Assembly: GCA_038230295.1 (NCBI GenBank)
Contig: JBBRNM010000006.1
Span: 1-59,944 of the forward strand
Source: Candidatus Limnocylindrales bacterium
GTDB taxonomy: Bacteria > Chloroflexota > Limnocylindria > Limnocylindrales > CSP1-4
Reading direction: 5' to 3'
DNA length: 59,944 bases
Positions 49,604 through 58,191 of this stretch are shown here, in pieces. The translations under genes were made by a program, and so were the position numbers. Under the pieces are notes generated by a model. That model made no database searches, had not been told where the DNA came from, and saw nothing but the letters and a program-made list of their open reading frames with translations. How positions within the stretch are numbered: position 1 is the first letter of the stretch; every line of letters starts with the position of its first letter.

Positions 49604-49686
49604 GTCCGCGTGCCGTCGGGCCACTCCTTGTACGAGCTGCCCGGCATGATGCCGTACAGCACGCCGGGGTCCTGACCTCGCTACGC

Positions 49687-49713
49687 TGCAACCCTTGGGT
49701 TGCTTACCGTGTT
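49687..49713 (+). promoter_or_regulatory. Putative ECF promoter with an embedded palindrome
   Basis: TGCAACC...CGTGTT before sigma-3; perfect inverted repeat GCAACCC-TT-GGGTTGC at 49688-49703. Confidence 0.5.
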
Positions 49714-49723
49714 GAAGGTGCTG

Positions 49724-50431
49724 ATGGACACCGACGCCACGCTTACCGCCCGACTCGCCCACGACCTTGACGCCGCGTTCCCGACGCTCGTCGAAACCCA
49801 CCAGGACCGGCTCTACACGATCGCGCTCCGACTGCTCGGGGATCCGCGCGACGCGGAGGAGGTCGCCCAGGACGCGCTCGTGCGCGCCTACCGCGCGATG
49901 TCGGCGTACCCGGCACGACGGATCGCCGAGCTCCGGCTTCGACCGTGGCTCGCCGCCATCACGGTCAACCTGGCCCGGAACCGGCGGCGGCGCCTCGCCG
50001 AGCGACATCCGCCGGTCCAGCTCGATCCGCTTCTTGGCGCCGGCTTCGAGCCGGTGGAGGAGCAACCGGGCCCGGCCTCGCTCGCGACACGCCGCGAACG
50101 CATCGAGGAGCTCGCCGAAACCATGCTTCGGCTCCCGCCGGCCATTCGCATCGCCGTCGTCCTCCGCCACGTCGACGGGCTCTCCGTCGCCGAGACCTCG
50201 GAAGCGCTCGGGCGGCCGGAAGGCACCGTGAAGGCCCAGGTCTCCCGCGGGCTCGATCGGCTGCGCCAGCTGCTCGACGACTCGGAAGCTCAGGCCTCGG
50301 TCACGGCGCACGACACCGAGCTGTCAGGCTCGCCGCCGCGACCGCGCACGGCCGCTGTCGATCCCGCCCACACCGCAGCTCCCCCTTCGACCGAGGGCCG
50401 CGCGTTCGCGGCCGCCGAGGTGCTCCGATGA
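49724..50431 (+). CDS. ECF RNA polymerase sigma factor (sigma-3) with a C-terminal extension
   Basis: DAEEVAQDALVRAY, RPWLAAITVNLARN, GLSVAETSEALGRPEGTVKAQVSRG. Confidence 0.95.
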   Translation: MDTDATLTARLAHDLDAAFPTLVETHQDRLYTIALRLLGDPRDAEEVAQDALVRAYRAMSAYPARRIAELRLRPWLAAITVNLARNRRRRLAERHPPVQLDPLLGAGFEPVEEQPGPASLATRRERIEELAETMLRLPPAIRIAVVLRHVDGLSVAETSEALGRPEGTVKAQVSRGLDRLRQLLDDSEAQASVTAHDTELSGSPPRPRTAAVDPAHTAAPPSTEGRAFAAAEVLR

Positions 50432-51210
50432 CCACGACGATCCTGACCTCCCTTGCCGACCTTCGGGTCAGCGCCCCAGACTCCGTCGGGTTCGGCGCCC
50501 TCGTCGCGACGGGTCTCGCCGACCGCTACGCCACGAGCAACTCGCCGCTGGGCCTGACCTTCGTCGCCTGGAACGGGCGCGGCGTGTCGTGGGTCGGATC
50601 TGCCGGCAATCCCGCCGACTTCGAGGCCCAGGTCCAGGCGCACACGGGCCGGCCCATCCGGCGTGCCGTGGCGCTGCCGCCGAAGCTCTCGCGGGCCATC
50701 GAGCGGCGCCTGGCGGGCGACCGGCGGGTCCGGATCGACTTGGACCTCCGCGGTGCGACACCGTTCGAGGTCGCGGTCTGGCGCAAGGCGCTCGAGATCC
50801 CGCGCGGCGAGGTCCGGCCATACGGCTGGATCGCCGCCGAGATTGGGCGGCCGAAGGCCGTCCGGGCCGTCGGTACGGCACTCGCCCACAACCCGATCCC
50901 GCTCGTGGTGCCGTGCCATCGCGTCGTTCGAAGCGACGGCACGATCGGGATGTACTCGCTCGGCGGGCCGGAGAACAAGCGTCGAATTCTCTTCGCCGAG
51001 GGCCTCGATCCCGATGCCATGGAAGCGGCGGCGAGCGCAGGCGAGCGCTACCTCGGCTCAGACACCACCCATATCGTCTGCCTGCCTTCGTGCCAGCACG
51101 CTCGCCGGATCACGGAGCGGCACCGCGTGCCCTTCGCCTCGCTGAACCAGGCGCGTGCCGCCGGCTATCGGCTCTGCCGTCGCTGCCGACCGGTGTCGCT
51201 CGCGGCCTGA
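50428..51210 (+). CDS. Methylated-DNA-protein-cysteine methyltransferase with a C-terminal Ada Zn-binding domain
   Basis: TPFEVAVW, IPRGEVRPYG, RAVGTA, VPCHRV; C-terminal TTHIVCLPSC...AGYRLCRRC; ATGA overlap with sigma-3. Confidence 0.92.
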   Translation: MTTTILTSLADLRVSAPDSVGFGALVATGLADRYATSNSPLGLTFVAWNGRGVSWVGSAGNPADFEAQVQAHTGRPIRRAVALPPKLSRAIERRLAGDRRVRIDLDLRGATPFEVAVWRKALEIPRGEVRPYGWIAAEIGRPKAVRAVGTALAHNPIPLVVPCHRVVRSDGTIGMYSLGGPENKRRILFAEGLDPDAMEAAASAGERYLGSDTTHIVCLPSCQHARRITERHRVPFASLNQARAAGYRLCRRCRPVSLAA

Positions 51211-51290
51211 CGTTTCGAATCGCAACCGAATCGCACATGGCGTCGCCCTGCGCGAGGCGCTAGACTCGGCCAATCTTGGACCACCAGGCT

Positions 51291-52355
51291 ATGCCAAGAA
51301 GGCACTACGTTACGGGCCCGCGGCTGTGGCTCGCGCTGGCGACCGTCTATGTGGTCTGGGGCTCGACGTATCTCGGAATCGCGGTCGCGATCGAGTCGAT
51401 CCCGCCGTTCCTCATGCTGGCAGTGCGTTTCGCCGTCGCCGGCACCCTGCTCCTCGGATGGGAGATCGTCCGGAACGGGCGCATGATCGTCTGGCCGACG
51501 CGGCGCGAGGTTCGCGATTCGGCCATCGTCGGCGGGCTGCTGCTTGGGATCGGCAACGGGTTCGTTGCCTATGGCGAGCAGACCCTCCCGTCCGGGATCG
51601 CCGCGATCCTCATCGCCCTTATGCCGGTCTGGCTCGCGATCCTCGGCTGGATCTACTTCCGCGATCGCCTCCCCCGAATCGTCCTCGCTGGCGTCGTCGT
51701 GGGGCTCCTCGGTGTTGTCCTGCTCGTCTGGCCGGCCGGCGGCGGCGCGAACCACTTCGCCCCGGCCGGGATCGTCGCCCTCATCCTGTCGCCGCTCGGT
51801 TGGGCGCATGGGTCGCTCTTCTCGGCGCGGGCGGCTCGACTGCCGAAGCGTCCGCTCATGGCCACCGCGCTCCAGATGCTCGCCGGGGCGGTGTTCCTGG
51901 CGCTCGAGGGCGTCGTCACCGGCGAGCTCGGCCGGTTCCAGCCCGACGCGGTCACGTTCCGATCCCTCGCCGCGCTCGCCTACCTGACCGTCGTCGGCAG
52001 CATGCTGGCGTTCAACGCGTACGCCTGGCTGCTCCGGCACGCGCCGCTCTCGATCGTCGGCACGTATGCGTACGTGAACCCGATCGTCGCGGTCGGCCTC
52101 GGCACGCTCCTCCTCAACGAGCCGGTGAGCCCCAGGACGCTCCTCGCCTCGGGCGTGATCGTCGCCGCCGTCGCGATGATCGTCACGGCGCGCGGTCGCC
52201 TGAGCCGGATGTCGGCAGCCACGACGCAGTCGGGCGAGTTCTCGGGCGCGATGATCGACGACCCCCCGGCGGGCGATCCCGAGGACGGGATTGTGGCCGC
52301 GGCGCCGCCCCGGGTCAGACCGGCGGTGAGCTCTCCGCAAGCACGGTCCGACTGA
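51291..52355 (+). CDS. EamA/DMT family transporter
   Basis: VYVVWGSTYL, PPFLM..VRF, TYAYVNPIVA; about 10 TM helices. Confidence 0.92.
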   Translation: MPRRHYVTGPRLWLALATVYVVWGSTYLGIAVAIESIPPFLMLAVRFAVAGTLLLGWEIVRNGRMIVWPTRREVRDSAIVGGLLLGIGNGFVAYGEQTLPSGIAAILIALMPVWLAILGWIYFRDRLPRIVLAGVVVGLLGVVLLVWPAGGGANHFAPAGIVALILSPLGWAHGSLFSARAARLPKRPLMATALQMLAGAVFLALEGVVTGELGRFQPDAVTFRSLAALAYLTVVGSMLAFNAYAWLLRHAPLSIVGTYAYVNPIVAVGLGTLLLNEPVSPRTLLASGVIVAAVAMIVTARGRLSRMSAATTQSGEFSGAMIDDPPAGDPEDGIVAAAPPRVRPAVSSPQARSD

Positions 52356-54351
52356 TCCGGCGAGCCATCGCCATGATCCCGAGCATCGGGTTGACCCCGA
52401 TGCCGGTCGGGAACGTGGACCCGTCGGCGACGTATAGCCCGCGGATCAGCCTCCCGTCGGCGTTCGAGCGGATCCGTCCCTGCGGGTCAGCCGGGTGGTC
52501 GCGAGCATCCGCGCCCAGGCGGACCGTCCCCATCTGGTGGGCCGAGAACACCGATCCGCGGTTCGAGGCGAAGTCCATCGCCGCGAGCTCGGCCTCGAAG
52601 GCACCGAATCGGGCGACCGCTCCCCGCGTGGTCTCGGGTCGGTGGCGGATCATCGGCGTCCCGACGCCGATAATCTCTGCGGCCCCGCCTGCCCGAGCGA
52701 TGTTCGCCATCGCGACGAGCGCGTGTCGGAGCGTCGCGACGCCAAGGCGATCGAGCCGGTAGTCGATTCGAACGCGGCGGGCGCGGGTCACGCTCGTGCG
52801 CCCTTCGCCGCCGTCACGGGTGATCGCGATCAGGGGGGCGATGTATCGGACCGCGCCGGCGAGCTCGGCGTGGTCGGCCGCGCCGGCCCAGGGCAACGCG
52901 AGCGCGAGCAACCCGGGATGGCCTGGCGCCGATTCGATGACGTATCCGCGCCGCGTCGCATCGCCGGACCCGAACTGCAGCGATCGCGCCGCCTGCATCG
53001 TGCCCTGCCACATGTCGACCGGATCGGCCATCCTGGCCGCGACGAGCGCCACGGGATGGATCCGGAGATACCGCCCGATCGACGGGTGATGCACGCCGGA
53101 AGCTTGGAGGACCGCGGGAGATCGCAGCGCACCCGCGGCGAGGGCGACCTGCGGCGCACGAACGACGAGTCGGCGCACGGCGGCCGCGGTCGAGTCACCC
53201 TCCCGAGTGACCGGCATGCCGGTGACCGGGTCGGTGACGAGCAGGTTCGCCTCGACGCCTGTGACCCGGTCTCCCTCGAGGAGCAGGCGGGTGACCCTGG
53301 CGCGGTCGACGATCCGGGCGCCGTGCTCGAACGCCGATCGGAGGTGGACCCGGATCCCGGACTGCTTGGCGCCCGCGACGCAGCCGAACGGGCAGGAGCC
53401 ACACGCGCCGCAGTCCGTCGCGTTGCGCCGGATCCGGTCCGCCTCCCAGCCGAGCGCTGCCGTCCCACGGAGGATCAGCTCGTCCTTCGAGGGAATCACG
53501 CTCGCCGGGGCGACGCCGAGCTCTTCCTCGATGACTGCGCGATCTTTCGCCCACTCGGGGCCGTCGAGCCCTTCGAGGCCGTGCTCGGTCCCCCATTCGG
53601 CACGGATCGAGTCGGGGATGTCGATGCAGGTCATCCAGTTCACGAGCGTGCCGCCGCCGACGCCCGAGCCGGCGAGGATCGTCACGCTGCCGTCCCACGT
53701 CGAGAGGAGCCCGTGATTCAGGTAGAGGCGGCTGAAGGCATCCATCTCGCCGCGGGGCATCGCGCCTTCGTCCACGAATGGCCCCGCCTCGAGCACGACG
53801 ACCGATCGGCCGGCACGCGCGAGCTCGGCGGCCATGACCCCACCGCCTGCGCCGGAGCCCACGATCACGACGTCGGCGGTCAGCTCGATCGGGCTCTCGC
53901 CGGCGGACGGTGCACGAGGGAGGTCGAGCGGCCGGATCGGCGTTGGATCCACGGTGACGGCGGGCCGATCCGGCGCGTACCCGATCCGTGCCGGCAGGAG
54001 GTTCGGCGCGTCCGGCGTGCCCGAGTCGGCATAGGCCAGGAACGACAGAAGCCCCCGAAACGCCTGGAACGCCGCGCGCTTCTGCGGCACGGACGAGCCG
54101 GCCCATCGGAGCAGGAGCCGCTCGCGGTCGGCAGGAGCCAGGTTACGGAACGCGCGCCCTCGACCGGCGGAAAGGCGGTTCACGAGCGGTTGCTCGAGCA
54201 GGCGGAGGACGAGCCGAAGCTGGAGGACCTGGGCCGGGTCGGCGGCGCGGATCAGGGCGTCGCCGGCCAATCCGGCGATCCGTTCAGGGTCCGCGGCCGG
54301 GACGAACGTCTCGACGAGAGCCGCGAGCGTCCGGAGCTCGCCGGCGTTCAC
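52315..54351 (-). CDS. GMC oxidoreductase (long-chain alcohol oxidase-like)
   Basis: VGSGAGG, GVGGGTLVN, CGACGSCPFGC, SAHQMGT, DGSTFPTGIGVNP. Confidence 0.92.
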   Translation of the reverse strand: MNAGELRTLAALVETFVPAADPERIAGLAGDALIRAADPAQVLQLRLVLRLLEQPLVNRLSAGRGRAFRNLAPADRERLLLRWAGSSVPQKRAAFQAFRGLLSFLAYADSGTPDAPNLLPARIGYAPDRPAVTVDPTPIRPLDLPRAPSAGESPIELTADVVIVGSGAGGGVMAAELARAGRSVVVLEAGPFVDEGAMPRGEMDAFSRLYLNHGLLSTWDGSVTILAGSGVGGGTLVNWMTCIDIPDSIRAEWGTEHGLEGLDGPEWAKDRAVIEEELGVAPASVIPSKDELILRGTAALGWEADRIRRNATDCGACGSCPFGCVAGAKQSGIRVHLRSAFEHGARIVDRARVTRLLLEGDRVTGVEANLLVTDPVTGMPVTREGDSTAAAVRRLVVRAPQVALAAGALRSPAVLQASGVHHPSIGRYLRIHPVALVAARMADPVDMWQGTMQAARSLQFGSGDATRRGYVIESAPGHPGLLALALPWAGAADHAELAGAVRYIAPLIAITRDGGEGRTSVTRARRVRIDYRLDRLGVATLRHALVAMANIARAGGAAEIIGVGTPMIRHRPETTRGAVARFGAFEAELAAMDFASNRGSVFSAHQMGTVRLGADARDHPADPQGRIRSNADGRLIRGLYVADGSTFPTGIGVNPMLGIMAMARRISRTVLAESSPPV

Positions 54352-54519
54352 CCCGTTGGCACTCGCGGGATTGCTATTCGGACTTGAAGAGGATGTGGCT
54401 CGAGCACGCTCGGCCCGGCGGCGGACTCGCCGAATCCGGCGTGTCGGTCAGCACACTCAACCTGAATCGCATTCGAGGGTGGATAGGCCATTGGCGTGAC
54501 GCCGACGGGGCGCACCTGA

Positions 54520-55755
54520 TCAGCCGCGGCCGGCGAGCGCGGCGACGGACGCCGGGAGCGGCTCGAAACCCTCCGCCGGCAGGGGCTCGCAGCGGAGCGG
54601 GCGGTCTTCGCGGTAGCCCAGGGCGTAGTCGGCCTGGATGAGCGTGTGCAGCTGGCTCGTGCCCTCGTAGATCACGGCGGCCTTCGCATTGCGCAGATAG
54701 CGCTCCACCGGGAACTCGTTCGAGTAGCCGTTTGCACCATGGATCTGGATCGCATCCAGCGCGCTCGCCACCGCGTGATCGGTGGCGTGCCACTTCGCGA
54801 GAGACGTCTCGCGGGTGTTGCGGACGGCATGGTTCTTCAGGAATGCCGCCCGCCACACGAGCAGCCGGCCGGCCTCGATCCCCGCGACCATCTTCGCGAT
54901 CATCTGCTTGACGAGCTGGTGCCGGCCGATCTCGTCCCCGAACGTCTCGCGCTCGTGGGCGTACCGCAGAGATGCGTCGAGGCAGGCCTGGGCAAGCCCG
55001 ACGTTACCGGCGGCCACGGTGAACCGGCCCTGGTCGATCGCGCTCATCGCGATGAGGAACCCCTCTCCTTCCTCGCCGATCCGGTGCTCGGCCGGGACGC
55101 GGAGGTTGTCCATCGAGATCGTACCGGTGTTGCCGGCCCGGATGCCGAGCTTGCCGTGGAGCGTGCCCGTCGTCAGCCCGGGCATCCCACGCTCGAGCAG
55201 GAAGGCGGTGACGCCTCGGTGGCCCTTCGAGCGGTCGACCGAGGCGAAGACCAGGAAGTGATCGGCGATGTCGGCGAGGCTGATCCAGACCTTCTCGCCG
55301 TTCAGGACGTACGAATCGCCATCGCGGCGCGCCGTCGAGGCGAGGTTCCCGGCATCCGTCCCGACGCCCGGCTCGGTGAGCCCGAACGTCGCGAGCTTCT
55401 CGCCTTTCGCCTGCGGCACGAGCCAGCGCCGCTTCTGCTCGTCTGTCCCCCACTGCATGAGGGTCAATGAGTTCAGCCCGACGTGGACGCTCTGGACGAC
55501 CCGGAAGGCCGTGTCGCCGCGCTCGAGCTCCTCGCAGATGATCCCGAACGAGACGTAGTCCATTCCGGACCCACCCCAGGCGGAGTGGATCGGAGCACCG
55601 AGCAGGCCGAGGTCGGCCATCCGGCCGAAGACCTCGCGATGGACCTCGCCCTTCTCGTCCCACGCACGGATATGGGGCAGGATCTCGTCGGCGACGAATT
55701 CGCGAACGGTCTGCTGGACGAGCCGGTTCTCCTCGGTTGGGCGGAGGTCGATCAC
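54520..55755 (-). CDS. Acyl-CoA dehydrogenase
   Basis: FGLTEPGVGTD, GEKVWIS, KLGIRA, QIHGANGY, IYEGT. Confidence 0.95.
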   Translation of the reverse strand: MIDLRPTEENRLVQQTVREFVADEILPHIRAWDEKGEVHREVFGRMADLGLLGAPIHSAWGGSGMDYVSFGIICEELERGDTAFRVVQSVHVGLNSLTLMQWGTDEQKRRWLVPQAKGEKLATFGLTEPGVGTDAGNLASTARRDGDSYVLNGEKVWISLADIADHFLVFASVDRSKGHRGVTAFLLERGMPGLTTGTLHGKLGIRAGNTGTISMDNLRVPAEHRIGEEGEGFLIAMSAIDQGRFTVAAGNVGLAQACLDASLRYAHERETFGDEIGRHQLVKQMIAKMVAGIEAGRLLVWRAAFLKNHAVRNTRETSLAKWHATDHAVASALDAIQIHGANGYSNEFPVERYLRNAKAAVIYEGTSQLHTLIQADYALGYREDRPLRCEPLPAEGFEPLPASVAALAGRG

Positions 55756-55802
55756 CGGGGCATTCTAGGCGGGCACCCACCCCCGCTCAGGGCCGGCGGG
55801 CG

Positions 55803-56501
55803 TCAGGCACGCGTGCTCGTCGCAGGCCAAACACGAAGGACGTTGTCGATGATGCTCGGCGATTCGGTGCCATTGCTGACGTTGTAGACGAGTGGGCCCG
55901 CCGGCGCATGGCCGATGCAGTCTGAACTGCCTTGGGGAAGGAACCACAGCTGCGAGGAGTTGAGGAAGACGGGATTGTCACGCGGGCCCCTCCCGATCCG
56001 CACGGGCCGCCCGTCATGACCGAGGTCGGCGAGGTAGACGTCATGCAGGCCGTCCGAGCGGCGGCGGGCATAAGCGAGGTGGGCTCCATCGGGCGAGATC
56101 GTCGCCGACGACCAGTCGACGCCGGCCAGGAACCGCGTCGAGCCGCCAGACGGCGTCCAGCGCCAGACGGCGCCATTCTTCGTGAAGTACAGCGTCTCCG
56201 ACGTCGGCGACCACAGCGCCCTCAAGGGTCGAGTCGAGGGATCCGGACTGCCCTTCGGCGCGAGGTCCGAGAGCACGACTCTCTCGCCCTCGAGCACGAG
56301 CAGGCTGATCTCGGGCAGCGGTTCGTCGAGGATGAACAGCGCAGAGGTGGCGACCACTTCAGCCGAGGGTGACGGAACTGAAGCTGAGTCGGTGGGAGAT
56401 GCGGAAGGCGGGACCCCCGAACAACTGGCGAGCACCATCGCCAGCGTGACGCTCGCGAGCGTCGAGGTTCGTCGAACGGTCGACCGTCCTCGCACAGCCA
56501 T
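55803..56501 (-). CDS. Lipoprotein with a partial TolB-like propeller (possibly internally deleted)
   Basis: Lipobox LASC, S/P linker, only 3-4 blades (WSPTS, ISPDG, PVFL); GTAAC-N16-CGTCT upstream. Confidence 0.65.
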   Translation of the reverse strand: MAVRGRSTVRRTSTLASVTLAMVLASCSGVPPSASPTDSASVPSPSAEVVATSALFILDEPLPEISLLVLEGERVVLSDLAPKGSPDPSTRPLRALWSPTSETLYFTKNGAVWRWTPSGGSTRFLAGVDWSSATISPDGAHLAYARRRSDGLHDVYLADLGHDGRPVRIGRGPRDNPVFLNSSQLWFLPQGSSDCIGHAPAGPLVYNVSNGTESPSIIDNVLRVWPATSTRA

Positions 56502-56577
56502 CAATCGAGCGTACTCCTCGGCAGACATGCCACGACCGTCTTCGGGCAGGGAGACGGTCGACGGCGGCCGATGTTAC

Positions 56578-56602
56578 TGGGGCGCCGAACATCGGCGCCC
56601 CA
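56578..56602. terminator. Hairpin downstream of the HTH gene
   Basis: Perfect 11-bp stem TGGGGCGCCGA/TCGGCGCCCCA; no U-tract. Confidence 0.5.
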
Positions 56603-56610
56603 CGCTCGGG

Positions 56611-56805
56611 TCAGCGGTTGTTGTCGAGGAACCGCCGGACGTCGTCGAGCAGGAACCGCCGGTCGCCGCGCTTGCAGACCTTGTAGTACTTGAGCTCGCC
56701 GCGGTCGCCGAGGCGCTTCACGGTGTTGACGTGGAGATGCAGCATCTCCGCGACTTCCGAAGCGGTCAGCATCTTGCCGAGCTCGTTGACAGCCATCGAG
56801 GCCAT
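56611..56805 (-). CDS. Stand-alone MerR/excisionase-like HTH protein (BldC-like)
   Basis: MLTASEVAEMLHLHVNTVKRLGDRGEL...RGDRRF..DDVRRFL. Confidence 0.88.
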   Translation of the reverse strand: MASMAVNELGKMLTASEVAEMLHLHVNTVKRLGDRGELKYYKVCKRGDRRFLLDDVRRFLDNNR

Positions 56806-56896
56806 GCCTGTGGTCGCCTTTCCATTGGACACGTTCGAGCCGGCATGGATGGAGCCATGAACAGATGAGTGCGGGTGCCGGCTCGCTGTCATGTGG

Positions 56897-56925
56897 ACCG
56901 TAGGGCCATGCGCATCGAACGCCAA
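56897..56925 (-). promoter_or_regulatory. SigA-type promoter of the HTH gene
   Basis: TTGGCG-N17-TACGGT on the minus strand; the leader contains a 10-bp stem CGAGCCGGCA/TGCCGGCTCG. Confidence 0.5.
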
Positions 56926-57104
56926 GCCGTACTTCGGTCCGGTGAGCGGGGGTACCGTCGGGCGTGGGGCGGTTGGCAATCCTTTGGTAGGGCAGGGTGC
57001 GTTCGAAGGCACCTGGGCGACGAGCACCATGAGGCACCCGACGATCAACGTCCTGAGCCCGACGGTCACGTCCTGACTCGGGCGGCCACCCCCGGGTATG
57101 CGTC

Positions 57105-57218
57105 TCACAGCCACCACGTGACGAGGTCGGCAACGATGTGAGCCACGGCGGGGGCGGCGACACCGCGGCCGACGAGCCGCAGCCCGCCGAGCCACATGCC
57201 GACGCCGAGGTCGAGCGG
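57105..57218 (-). pseudogene. C-terminal fragment of a CPBP/CAAX protease
   Basis: Manual translation PLDLGVGMWLGGLRLVGRGVAAPAVAHIVADLVTWWL*, ending in the H...D motif; GC-rich third positions. Confidence 0.55.
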
Positions 57219-57291
57219 CGCGCACTGACCACAATCGCCGGACCGAGTCGCCTGCGCATGGACCTCACTGAACGTCGATTACCCTTCCACA

Positions 57292-58191
57292 GTGAGTGAT
57301 GAAACCGGGGCGCCTCGAGACGAGGGCGCCGAGCCCGGACGCGAGCCCAGCCAGCCTCCGGAGCCCGACCGGAACCCGAACCCGAACGAGGCGATTTGGC
57401 GGTCGATCCTCGTCGGCACGGACCCGAGGTACGCCAAGACCAGATCGTGGCTCCGCCGTCTGCCAAGCGAGCCGCGCTGCAAGATGTGCGCGGCGCCGTT
57501 CGGCGGCATCGGCCGGCCATTCATGCACTACTTCGGCCGGGACCGCTGGGCGAAGAACCCGAACTACTGCGGCAACTGCTTCCACGTCCTGTCGACGATG
57601 CACGGCGGCGCCGAGATCGACGCCAGCTTCCTCTTCGCCGACGTCCGCGGATCGACCTCCCTGGCCGAGACGATCAGCCCAACCGAGTTCCGGCGCCAGC
57701 TCGACCGCTTCTACGACGCCTGCTCCCGGATCGTCGTCGGCCACGACGGGATCGTGGACAAGTTCGTCGGCGACGAGATCGTGGCCATCTTCATTCCGGC
57801 GCTGGCCGGCGAAGAGCACGCTCGACGGGCGATCGAGGCCGGAATCGCGATCCTCGACGCAACCGGTCACGCCGATCGCGAGGGTCCATGGCTGCCGGTC
57901 GGGGCCGGAGTCCACACCGGGGTCGCATTCGTCGGCGCGGTCGGCCAGCCGCCCGTCACCGAGCTCACCGCCCTCGGCGACGTCGTCAACACGACCGCCC
58001 GCCTCGCGTCGGTCGCGGGCGCCGGCGAGGTCCTCGTCAGCGATGCGGCGATCGCCGCGGCCCGCTGGGACAACCGCTCCCTCGAGGTGCGAGCGCTGGC
58101 TCTGAAGGGCAAGGCCGACGACACGCACGTCCACGTGATCCGCGTCGGGGCCGCCACCGTCGCGACCGGCCCCGGATCCGCGGTCCCTTGA
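57292..58191 (+). CDS. Class III adenylate/guanylate cyclase with an N-terminal Cys-rich domain
   Basis: FADVRGST, DKFVGDE, GVHTG, TALGDVVNTTARL; N-terminal CKMC and CGNC. Confidence 0.92.
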   Translation: MSDETGAPRDEGAEPGREPSQPPEPDRNPNPNEAIWRSILVGTDPRYAKTRSWLRRLPSEPRCKMCAAPFGGIGRPFMHYFGRDRWAKNPNYCGNCFHVLSTMHGGAEIDASFLFADVRGSTSLAETISPTEFRRQLDRFYDACSRIVVGHDGIVDKFVGDEIVAIFIPALAGEEHARRAIEAGIAILDATGHADREGPWLPVGAGVHTGVAFVGAVGQPPVTELTALGDVVNTTARLASVAGAGEVLVSDAAIAAARWDNRSLEVRALALKGKADDTHVHVIRVGAATVATGPGSAVP

